A DNA stretch of 64,000 bases from an uncultured Clostridia bacterium (GTDB lineage: Bacteria; Bacillota; Clostridia; Christensenellales; UBA1242), in assembly GCA_937891595.1 (NCBI GenBank), contig CALATF010000052.1, positions 17,921 to 81,920 of the forward strand, in the 5' to 3' direction. Positions 51,123 through 59,368 of this stretch are shown piece by piece (the stretch's first letter is position 1; every line of letters starts with the position of its first letter). A model generated the notes under the pieces. It did no database searches. It was not told the origin of the DNA and worked only from the letters and a program-made list of their open reading frames with translations. The position numbers and the translations under genes are program-made.

Positions 51123-52763
51123 ATGGGAATAGAACAAAATATAAGCATATATTGTAAATTAAGAAATCAACAATTTAACAATTATTGTGTACAAAATGGA
51201 TTTCAGGCTGATGCAAAAACAAAGCAATCTTTTTTTGAAATGGAAAGAGAAAAGGTTGATGGGAAACCAAACCCAGTATTTGTAGAAACAATGAAATACG
51301 TTTCTGCATTTACACAGCCAATTCCAAACAAAGTTAATTTGTATTGTATTATTAGAGGACAAGGTTATAAAAGTTATTTATCACAAAATGGATTTCAAGA
51401 TACTCCAGAATCTAAAAATAGTTTTTTCAGTTATGATTTATTGAAACAGGGAGTTCCAAATCCTGAGTTTATAAAATCTATGTCATATGTAGACCTTATG
51501 TCAGATACAAGTGTTCGCAAATGTGCAGAAACCTTTGCGTCTATAAAAAGCAAAGAGTATGAAGAATTTTTATCAGCCAATAAAATGACCGATGGATTAT
51601 ATACTAAAGCAATGTTTTTTACACAAAATAGAGATGCAGCTCTACAACCAAATTCCGATTTTAAACAAGTAATGGAGGCTGTTGTTGTTCTTAGAGAAAA
51701 TTTAACAATAGCTAATAGATATGTACAAGAAAGGCAAGAGGAATATGTTTCTTTTGTTAGGGGAAATGGGCTAGAAAACAACCCAGAATCTGTTGCAAGA
51801 TTTTTTGTAAAGGAAAGAGAAAAAATAGATGGTAAGCCAAACCCAGTCTTCAAAGAAGTAATGGCAAAAATTTCTCAAGAGATGGAAGATCAAAGCTCTT
51901 TTTCTACGCCTAATGCAAATCAACCTTTTACACAAAAAACAGAAAACACACTAACAAATTCAACTCCAGTTACGACAGTACATGAAACCGCTACCAAACC
52001 AGAGCCAGTGGTAGAAGGTTTAAAAGAAAACACAACAAATCAAACTGTAGTGACTAATGCTGTTGTTAAAGATGAAGTTGCTACTCATGGACAACAAAAT
52101 AATAGTCAATTTGTAAATAGCGGGCAAAAAGAGAATACAATAACACCAAGACAAGATTTTAAAAATATGCCCATAGATAAACTTTTAGCATATGTGAGAT
52201 TTGGTATTAATGATAATGGTCCGCATAAAGTACCATATTTATCTGGTGGGATGGGTAGTATTACAGAAGAAGTTATTCCTGCAGCAATGGAGTATTTGTC
52301 AAGAAATCCAAATTTAGCAAGCATAGAATTAAGAGATTTAAATGGAATAAATCTAAATATTACACAAGAAAGTACTTTAGAAGGTTTAGTATCTGAATGG
52401 ACAACAACTATGGATGCTAAAATGGCAGAAGCTCAAGCAAGAAGAGAACAATCTCAAGCAAAAACGGAAGAAACTCAGGTAATACCACAAGAACCGCAGG
52501 TAATAAGTAATAAAACTGAAGAAATATCGCAAGGAACTTCAGTGCTAACCGAAATTGAACCAGTTAATATTCCTATTGAAACAAGAGAAAGATTTGGTGA
52601 GAAATATGATTTAGATGCAATTGCATCTGGACCTAATGCAAATGAAGTATTAAATGATTTGCCTGCTTTTGATAATTTAGCACATGGGCAAGCGATGGTT
52701 GAAGATCAAACCAAATTTATTGATCCAACACTAACACAAACAATTTCAACTACAAATAATTAA
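51123..52763 (+). CDS. Hypothetical protein with four ~60-aa tandem repeats, a T/N/Q-rich linker and an unknown C-terminal domain
   Basis: The repeat signature Y..R...Y..(F/Y)...NG(F/L)......FF..ER(E)K.DGKPNP.F..(V/T)M recurs four times. ATG at 51123 with SD AAAGGA. Confidence 0.6.
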   Translation: MGIEQNISIYCKLRNQQFNNYCVQNGFQADAKTKQSFFEMEREKVDGKPNPVFVETMKYVSAFTQPIPNKVNLYCIIRGQGYKSYLSQNGFQDTPESKNSFFSYDLLKQGVPNPEFIKSMSYVDLMSDTSVRKCAETFASIKSKEYEEFLSANKMTDGLYTKAMFFTQNRDAALQPNSDFKQVMEAVVVLRENLTIANRYVQERQEEYVSFVRGNGLENNPESVARFFVKEREKIDGKPNPVFKEVMAKISQEMEDQSSFSTPNANQPFTQKTENTLTNSTPVTTVHETATKPEPVVEGLKENTTNQTVVTNAVVKDEVATHGQQNNSQFVNSGQKENTITPRQDFKNMPIDKLLAYVRFGINDNGPHKVPYLSGGMGSITEEVIPAAMEYLSRNPNLASIELRDLNGINLNITQESTLEGLVSEWTTTMDAKMAEAQARREQSQAKTEETQVIPQEPQVISNKTEEISQGTSVLTEIEPVNIPIETRERFGEKYDLDAIASGPNANEVLNDLPAFDNLAHGQAMVEDQTKFIDPTLTQTISTTNN

Positions 52764-52843
52764 AAAATTGCAACTGTCAATTATTTGGCGGTTGCAATTT
52801 TATTTCTGGTAAGTAAGAGAAGAGTTAAAGGAGTGTTTTTTAA

Positions 52844-53500
52844 TTATTTCTTAATTAAAAAATCTTTCCAAGAATCGTTTAAATATTTAGTATAATTCTT
52901 TATAGTTATTTCGTTAGGTTTAATTTTTTTTAAATCTGCCCAATTAATAGGGAAGTATATGGTAGCACAATCTCTACATCTTACAGAAAATGGAGCAACG
53001 CAAGTAGACCCTCGATTGTTGCGCAGATAGTCAACAAATATTTTATTTTTTCGTTCTTCCTTTTTTATGTTTGTAGTGAAAGTTTTTGGCCACTTTTTTC
53101 AAGCAATAATGCAACTTGCTTAGATACTTCGTAAAATTCGTTCCAGTCTTTCTTTTTATTTAAAGGAACAACAATGTGATATCCCTTGCCACCACTTGTT
53201 TTTAAAAAGGATTTTAAATTAAGTTCTTCAAGAAGTTGTTTTGTTTTTAATACACCATTACGCAATTTATTTAAAGGCAAATTTTCATCAGGATCAAGAT
53301 CAAAAACCATACATCTGGTTGTTCTAATTTGCGTATTGAACTGCCCCAAACATGAAATTCAATGGTGCCCATTTGCACTTGATATATAAGTTGAGACTGA
53401 GTAGTAATATAAAAATATTCTTCTTTACCATCAAAAAATCCGAACTCCAATAGATTGTTAAAGGTGCTAGGGTTTTTTTGCAGAGTAGAGGGCTATTGAC
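52844..53500 (-). pseudogene. Decayed LigD-type primase-polymerase (NHEJ PolDom / AEP) gene
   Basis: Three reading frames hold consecutive pieces: ..GTIEFHVWGS / VFDLDP..KTSGGKGYHIVVPL.. / ..KIFVDYLRNNRGSTCVAPFSVR... Frameshifts sit at C4 (53344-53347) and T6 (53094-53099), a TAG lies upstream, and the N-terminal ~90 aa are absent. Confidence 0.75.
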
Positions 53501-53511
53501 TCGAACTGAAC

Positions 53512-53583
53512 ATTATTTATGTATTATTATTCAATAAAAATCCACCCGAACCATAATAGTACGGATAGACAAGTTGCTGGCGG
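53512..53583. repeat. tRNA-Ser 3' end plus downstream hairpin (partner of 50487-50553)
   Basis: Aligned by eye to 50487-50553. Shared blocks are AAAAATCCA, TAATAGTA, GGAT.GACAA and TGGCGG. Confidence 0.6.
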
Positions 53584-53665
53584 AGAGGACAAGATTCGAA
53601 CTTGCGGTGGGTTGCCCCACACGCGCTTTCCAAGCGCGCACTTTAGACCACTCGGACACCTCTCC
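53578..53665 (-). tRNA. tRNA-Ser (anticodon GGA)
   Basis: The reverse complement is GGAGAGGTGTCCGAGTGGTCTAAAGTGCGCGCTTGGAAAGCGCGTGTGGGGCAACCCACCGCAAGTTCGAATCTTGTCCTCTCCGCCA, with a long variable arm, discriminator G and an encoded CCA. Confidence 0.92.
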
Positions 53666-53736
53666 ATGATTATAATTTTTTACTTTATGTGAAAGGTTTA
53701 AACTAAAACAATTTATAAAATTAATAATTTAGCAAG

Positions 53737-53776
53737 TTATCCACTTATCCACAAAATATCAATAAATTGTGGATAA
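53737..53776. promoter_or_regulatory. DnaA-box trio: TTATCCACT + TTATCCACA - N14 - TGTGGATAA
   Basis: 53737-53745 has one mismatch, while 53745-53753 and 53768-53776 are perfect. It lies ~70-110 bp upstream of tRNA-Ser. Confidence 0.75.
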
Positions 53777-53863
53777 CTATACTAATTCTTTACCTTTTCA
53801 AAGTAAACTATAGTATTATAGATAATAATTGTACTTTTTGCAATAAAATTTTAATAATAAATT

Positions 53864-54793
53864 TTAATTAATAGACATTAGAAAATCTTCAAAAGCTTCT
53901 TGTTTTTCAGCTGAGGTTTGATTAGATAAAGGTTCTTGATGTGAATTTTCACCACCAAAAAGAATTTCTGTTTCAGATATTTGATATTCTGGAGATATTA
54001 ATTTTTCACAGTTTAACTTATATGCTGTGTAACTTGAGTTAAGAAGTAATTTAGAAACTTGGGTTGGTGTAGCGTCAACATTAAAAGCAAAATTGTCATA
54101 AAATTTAATATTATTATCATACTCAGGTAAAATTTGCTGCCAACTTCTATAAACACCTGTTTGTTTTGCAATATGTTCTAATTCGCAGTTACAAAGTTGT
54201 AAAAAGTAAGGTTTATTAGCTTGTGCTGAATTTTTAACAATATCTTCAAAAGCTCCGCAAGAACGTTGAGCTATAACAAAGTCGTATGGTGTTACATCTG
54301 TTTGTTCATTAAACATGCCGTCAATACCTTTGACATTAAAGTTAGATAAGCAGTCGTTAGAAACAGAAAATTTGTCTATGCTGGAAACATCTTTCATGTG
54401 TCTTGCTATTGAAATTGAAGAATAAGGAACACTACCAGCACCTACTTCAAGCAAAGCTGTGTTTTCTTTGTTAGGTGCAAGTGACATTGCTGTAATAGTG
54501 TAAGCGTCATGTTTTAATGCACATCCAGCTTTAAAAAAGCTATTAAGACTTAAAATAAAATCAGGAACTGCTTTGAAAAAAGAATTACAATCTTCTTCAT
54601 TAGCAAAATTAAAGCAGTCGTGATTACATGTAATAAAATTTAAAAATTCATCAGGAGCTTTTGTAAAATCTTCCGGTGTTTTAATAGCAAAGGTAGAAAA
54701 AGCCTTAAAAATATGATTAAGGTTGAAGTTGTTTTCATTGTATTCTTTAGAATTAATAATTTTTCTTAAAGCAATGCTATCTTTTACTTTCAT
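53864..54793 (-). CDS. Paralog 1 of an uncharacterised two-domain protein (C-terminal Rossmann-like, UPF0146-like)
   Basis: 309 aa. It shares LLEVGAGSVPYSSI, FNVKG, YDFVIAQRSC, NKPYFLQLCNCEL and ILPEYDNNIKFYDNFAFNVD with the next two genes. Confidence 0.65.
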   Translation of the reverse strand: MKVKDSIALRKIINSKEYNENNFNLNHIFKAFSTFAIKTPEDFTKAPDEFLNFITCNHDCFNFANEEDCNSFFKAVPDFILSLNSFFKAGCALKHDAYTITAMSLAPNKENTALLEVGAGSVPYSSISIARHMKDVSSIDKFSVSNDCLSNFNVKGIDGMFNEQTDVTPYDFVIAQRSCGAFEDIVKNSAQANKPYFLQLCNCELEHIAKQTGVYRSWQQILPEYDNNIKFYDNFAFNVDATPTQVSKLLLNSSYTAYKLNCEKLISPEYQISETEILFGGENSHQEPLSNQTSAEKQEAFEDFLMSIN

Positions 54794-54854
54794 TTTTCTT
54801 TTCCTATTGTAATTTTATATCCAAATTTTATTTTGGTCAATATGGCAAATAGAA

Positions 54855-54886
54855 CAAAAAAACAACTTTATTATTTTAAAGTTGTT
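54855..54886 (-). terminator. Terminator between paralogs 2 and 1
   Basis: AACAACTTTA (54861-54870) pairs with TAAAGTTGTT (54877-54886), followed by T6 on the minus strand. Confidence 0.7.
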
Positions 54887-54894
54887 TAATTATA

Positions 54895-55800
54895 TTAAAA
54901 TAATTCGCAAGGTTCTAAACCTAACACTTCTTCAAAGAATTCATGGTTTTCAAATATTGTTTTTAGTAAAAACTCTGTTTGACCATTATCTATAATAGTT
55001 TCTGGAGCACGATGTTCTTCTAAAAGCATACCAACTTGTTCAGGTGTTGCGTCAAGATTAAAAGCAAATTTATGGTAAAATTTAATATCACTATCATATT
55101 CAGGCAAAATTTCATCCCAGCTTCTAAATTTACCTTCTCTTGTAGCAATTTTTCCTAATTCACAACTGCAAAGCTCAATAAAATAAGGTTTGTTAGAGCT
55201 TGAAGCGTTTTTAACTATGCTTTCAATAGCAGTGCAAGGACGTTTTCCAACAATAAAATCATAATTTTCAACATCAGTATTGTCGCTAAAATATTCGTTT
55301 TTGCCTTTAACATTAAATCTGGCAAGGCATTGATTAGATAAATCTAATTTATCCATAGAAGTAACATCATTAAAGTATTTTGCTAAAATAATAGAGCTAA
55401 AAGGCACACCGCCTGCTCCAACATCAAGTAATTTAGTGCTTTCTTTGTTTGGGGCTAAGTCGCTAACAACTTTAGTAAAATAACTAGGTTTAGATTTTTC
55501 AGTATCTTGAACTCTTACATGTAAATCTGCTAAAAATTCAGAGCAGTCGCTAACAAATTCCTCGGAATCTCTTTCGCTTGTAAAATTAATGCAATCAAAA
55601 CTTGAACGAATAGCTTCTAAAAATCCATCAGCTGATTGTTTTATATCTTTTCCATTAAATATTGAAAGGGTAGAGTATATTTTAAACATCTTAGGAATGT
55701 TAAAGCCTTCTTTACTATAATAATTATTTTTTAAAAAATTTCTAAATGTAAAAATATCTTTCATATAAGAAATTCTATCATTAGAACAATAACATTTCAA
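54895..55800 (-). CDS. Paralog 2 of the same family
   Basis: 301 aa. The ORF-track start is TTG; the ATG 12 codons in (MKDIFTFRN) aligns with the start of paralog 1. Confidence 0.65.
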   Translation of the reverse strand: MKCYCSNDRISYMKDIFTFRNFLKNNYYSKEGFNIPKMFKIYSTLSIFNGKDIKQSADGFLEAIRSSFDCINFTSERDSEEFVSDCSEFLADLHVRVQDTEKSKPSYFTKVVSDLAPNKESTKLLDVGAGGVPFSSIILAKYFNDVTSMDKLDLSNQCLARFNVKGKNEYFSDNTDVENYDFIVGKRPCTAIESIVKNASSSNKPYFIELCSCELGKIATREGKFRSWDEILPEYDSDIKFYHKFAFNLDATPEQVGMLLEEHRAPETIIDNGQTEFLLKTIFENHEFFEEVLGLEPCELF

Positions 55801-55875
55801 CTGGTAAAATTGTACAAAAAAAACTAATCAATTTACTAAATTTGTAGATTTTTAAACTATTTTATATAAACATGT

Positions 55876-55900
55876 AAAAAACAACCATAAGTGGTTGTTT
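55876..55900 (-). terminator. Terminator between paralogs 3 and 2
   Basis: ACAACCA TAAG TGGTTGT, followed by a T-run on the minus strand. Confidence 0.65.
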
Positions 55901-55983
55901 TAAAAACCTTGTTCAAACATATCATCAACCATATTATCAATATTTTCTAAATAGTTTTTTTCTTTTAAAATTTGTTAGATTTA

Positions 55984-56799
55984 CTAAAAAAAATCTGGTT
56001 CTAATATTTCAAAAGACTCAATCAAATGTCCTACTAATGAAGGTCTAGTGTCTAAGTTAAATGCAAAGTTTTTGTAAAACTTAATGTCTTTATCATATTC
56101 AGGTAAAATGTCTTCCCATCCTCTATAAATGCCTTCACGTTGTGCTATTTCCGTTAGTTCGCAATTGCATAGTTCAAGAAAATAAGGCTTGTTTGCGCTA
56201 GAAGCATTTTTTACTACGCTCTCAATAGCAGTGCATGGACGTTGACCAACAATAAAGTCATAACCTTCAACGTTTGTATCGTCATCAAAATATTCGCTTC
56301 TACCTGTTACGTTAAAGTTTTCTAAGCAAGGGTTAGATAAAACTAATTTATCCATGGCTGTAACGTTTTTAAATTCTTTGGCTAAAATAATTGAGCTGTG
56401 TGGAATGTCTCCAGAACCAACGTCAAGTATTTTAGTTCTTTCTTTACTAGGGGAAAAAGCTGTAACAAGGTCTGTGTAATATGTGCGAGGCATGCTTGTT
56501 GAAGCTTCAACTTTTTCTCTTAACAAATACATAAATTCTGATAAATCAAAATTAAAAGAGGCTAAATCTTCGGCATTTTGAAAATTTATACAATCGGTAC
56601 ATCTAAGTATAGTGTCTAAAAAATCGCCGGGTGCATTTTTTAAGTCTTCCATATTAGCAATATTGTTAGTAGAATAAGCTTTAAACATTTCTGGAAGATT
56701 AAATCCTTCTTTGCTATAAGCTTTTTCTCTTAATAATTTTCTAAACTCAAATATTTCTTTCATATGCAAAATTTTATCATTATTAAAAACATATTTCAA
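55984..56799 (-). CDS. Paralog 3 of the same family
   Basis: 271 aa, with ILDVGSGDIPHSSI, YDFIVGQRPCTAIESVVKNASSANKPYFLELCNCEL and ILPEYDKDIKFYKNFAFNLD. Confidence 0.65.
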   Translation of the reverse strand: MKYVFNNDKILHMKEIFEFRKLLREKAYSKEGFNLPEMFKAYSTNNIANMEDLKNAPGDFLDTILRCTDCINFQNAEDLASFNFDLSEFMYLLREKVEASTSMPRTYYTDLVTAFSPSKERTKILDVGSGDIPHSSIILAKEFKNVTAMDKLVLSNPCLENFNVTGRSEYFDDDTNVEGYDFIVGQRPCTAIESVVKNASSANKPYFLELCNCELTEIAQREGIYRGWEDILPEYDKDIKFYKNFAFNLDTRPSLVGHLIESFEILEPDFF

Positions 56800-56834
56800 C
56801 TGGTTAATATATACAAAAATATGATGAAATTTAA

Positions 56835-56870
56835 TAAAAAAAGGCTAAGTAAATTTAGTTAGCCTTTTTA
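56835..56870 (-). terminator. Terminator after the 56917-57438 gene
   Basis: AAGGCTAA (56841-56848) pairs with TTAGCCTT (56859-56866), followed by a T-run on the minus strand. Confidence 0.7.
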
Positions 56871-56916
56871 TTGTAAAACGCACAAAATAATTTTATTAGT
56901 TCAAATTTCTAAAACA

Positions 56917-57438
56917 CTAAATATTAAATTTAATTACAGCACCATTACTGCATTGAAGCCATTTTATTTGATTATCTTTAGGAATGCCGTTTATAAAAGC
57001 ATTTATTCCATATAATGTAGAACTATGTGCACAAATTAAAACGGTAGAGTTGTTTTTTGCGCTAGAAACTATTTTGTTTAAACCTATTATGCATCTATCT
57101 ATAAAATCTTTACATGTTTCAAACTTTTCATTGTCGTAATTATAATTTAGATAGTTGTTATCATATTCTTCTTTATATAAAAATTCTTCAGCAGTAGTTA
57201 AAGCTTGTCTTTCATTAAGTTCTTTAATAATAAATAAAGGAACGTTAATTTTTGCGTTAATAATGTTAGCGGATTGCAAGGTTCTAGTTCTTGGCGAGCA
57301 ATATATTGCATCTATTTTTTCGTTAGATAAATATTTTAATGCCCCTTTAATTTGCATAGAGCCCCTTAATGTTAATTTTCCAGTATTATAATTACATTCG
57401 CCATGTCTTATAAAAATAAGTTTAATGTTTTTTTTCAT
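56917..57438 (-). CDS. Histidine phosphatase family protein
   Basis: 173 aa with IRHGECNYN and a later CAHSSTL. Confidence 0.8.
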   Translation of the reverse strand: MKKNIKLIFIRHGECNYNTGKLTLRGSMQIKGALKYLSNEKIDAIYCSPRTRTLQSANIINAKINVPLFIIKELNERQALTTAEEFLYKEEYDNNYLNYNYDNEKFETCKDFIDRCIIGLNKIVSSAKNNSTVLICAHSSTLYGINAFINGIPKDNQIKWLQCSNGAVIKFNI

Positions 57439-57450
57439 GTTGTTTTCTCC

Positions 57451-58371
57451 TTATACTTTTAAAGAAGCTTCTATTGCTTTAGTGAAAATATTTTTTGTTG
57501 TATTATAATTTTCTTTTGAATAGTTCGCATACCCATTCATAGAAACAATAGAGTTAATTTCTAAAACTTTAATTTGTTCATTTTCTATAAATAGGTCAAC
57601 AGAACAGAAATTCATTTTAATAACTTTTAATACTTTTTCAGCAAAATTTATAAGGTCATTTTTTAATTTTTCATCTGTTATGTTTTGGGGGATTGAATTC
57701 ATTTTTAAATTATGTTTCCAACCTATTGTAATTTTCTCCTCTTTTTTAGGCGTTATAAATCTTTTAAAAAAAGGTAATGTAAAATTCAATTCAGAATATT
57801 TGTTTTTAACTATTTTATTTAAAGATGTTTTGCCGTCGCCCACAACAAAAGGTCTAACCTTTTTATAACATGCTTCACACTTTCCGTCTAGCATAATTAG
57901 TCTATATTCATTTTCATAATTTACATAAGGACTTACAGCTATATCCAAACCTTGTTTTAATATTTTTGTTACAGCTCTTTTTAATTGAAAGATAGTTTTT
58001 ACTAAATATACATTATTCCCGCATGAACCAAAATTATCCTTAACAACCAAGCCATTAGAGTTATTAACAAGGAGTTGTTTTAATGTGTTAAATTTCCAAG
58101 GAATATTATATTTTGGGTGTTTAAATAAAACGTGATTTATATGTGGAATGTTATTTAAGGTTAATACATCACTAAGAGCACTTTTGTCAGAACAGATTTT
58201 TTGAGAAGAAGCATTGTTTAGAGGGAACCTATTGCCATAAATATAAAAAGCTTTTTTAGTATTTTTATCTTTAATTTCTATAATGTAATTGTCAGAAAGT
58301 CCTGTAATTTCAAAATTCTTTTGAATAGCAATTTCGCTTAGTAGTTTAAATAAATAATCGTTATATTTCAT
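57451..58371 (-). CDS. ATP-grasp-fold ligase (specificity unknown)
   Basis: The pattern ..SSQKICSDKSALSDVLTLNNIPHINH.., LVVKDNFGSCGNNVY, NEYRLIML and VLEINS is typical of ATP-grasp enzymes. ATG at 58371 is preferred over the ORF-track start 58497, which overlaps the upstream gene. Confidence 0.6.
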   Translation of the reverse strand: MKYNDYLFKLLSEIAIQKNFEITGLSDNYIIEIKDKNTKKAFYIYGNRFPLNNASSQKICSDKSALSDVLTLNNIPHINHVLFKHPKYNIPWKFNTLKQLLVNNSNGLVVKDNFGSCGNNVYLVKTIFQLKRAVTKILKQGLDIAVSPYVNYENEYRLIMLDGKCEACYKKVRPFVVGDGKTSLNKIVKNKYSELNFTLPFFKRFITPKKEEKITIGWKHNLKMNSIPQNITDEKLKNDLINFAEKVLKVIKMNFCSVDLFIENEQIKVLEINSIVSMNGYANYSKENYNTTKNIFTKAIEASLKV

Positions 58372-58436
58372 AGCACCTCTAAAAAAGTTAAAAATAAAAC
58401 AAAAAACTGGATTAATTTTTTGTTTATTAAAAAGTT

Positions 58437-59174
58437 TTAAATTAAAAATATGAATACACAAACAAATGCCAAACTTAAATAATAAATTGAATAGCAAGGT
58501 ATAAAAAATTTATTTGTTTTTTCATTTTCTGCAAAATTTATAAAAGTTTGAAGTATGTTTGAAACTAAATTTAAAATGAAAGTGAGAGCTAAAATATAAA
58601 TAGGTAAATTTGCAACAACTATAGCTAAATATACTGCAAAAATAGTTGTAAAATTAATTACAAAATAATTTAAAATAGTTTGAAATTTGAAAATTCTTAA
58701 ATCAAATTTTAAAGCCTTTGTGAAAACAAAGTAAATAACAAATGTAAGTATTAAAGAACAAGCTAAAATAATTATTAAAGGCAATAAATATTGCTTAGAA
58801 AAAACATCAATGATGTTGTTTGCAATTAAAATAATTCCACAAGCATTAAAAATATGGCTAATAATTAATAAAATAGAGCTTGTTAGGTTGTATTTTTTTT
58901 CATGAAAAGGGTATATAGTTTTAAGTTCAATATACATGTCGCCTATAAAATTACAAACTAATGAAACAATCAAACAAGTAATTGTATAATTTGCAAAGTT
59001 ATCAACCCCTACTTTACCACTGCTAAGTAACAAACAAACAACAATGAAACTAAGGGATGCAAAGGTTTTAAGTAAAAAAGAATTAATTCCACCTTTAGAA
59101 ACTTTTGAATGCAAAAATAAACTTGTAGTTAATAAGCATAAACACAAACCTATAATTAGAATATATAAATTCAT
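58437..59174 (-). CDS. Polytopic membrane protein (YhhN-like impression only)
   Basis: 245 aa with ~8 TM segments. Confidence 0.5.
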   Translation of the reverse strand: MNLYILIIGLCLCLLTTSLFLHSKVSKGGINSFLLKTFASLSFIVVCLLLSSGKVGVDNFANYTITCLIVSLVCNFIGDMYIELKTIYPFHEKKYNLTSSILLIISHIFNACGIILIANNIIDVFSKQYLLPLIIILACSLILTFVIYFVFTKALKFDLRIFKFQTILNYFVINFTTIFAVYLAIVVANLPIYILALTFILNLVSNILQTFINFAENEKTNKFFIPCYSIYYLSLAFVCVFIFLI

Positions 59175-59368
59175 ACCATTTTACTCCTAACAAAAATAAT
59201 TATAACTTTTATGTATTTTTTTGGCAAATAATACAAAGATATTTTACTAATTTTGAAAAATGTAAAACTACTTTTAGTTTTAAAAATTTTAAAAAAATAT
59301 TAAAAAAATTTTACACTTTTTTAAAATTATTGTAGTATTTAAATAATAAAAAAATATAGGAGAAAATT

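Noticed and set aside
50487-53665. An intact prophage or integrative element at tRNA-Ser
   Set aside because: The region has no integrase, excisionase, or capsid or conjugation genes. The flanking repeats are only ~75% identical and most enclosed genes are fragments. I report it only as a decayed islet.
58372-58497. The N-terminal 42 codons of track ORF 57451-58497 (MLFNLLFKFGICLC..)
   Set aside because: They overlap the 3' end of the upstream membrane-protein gene and read as low-complexity hydrophobic sequence. ATP-grasp homology begins at the ATG at 58371. The SD there is close to the start, so the start call remains tentative.
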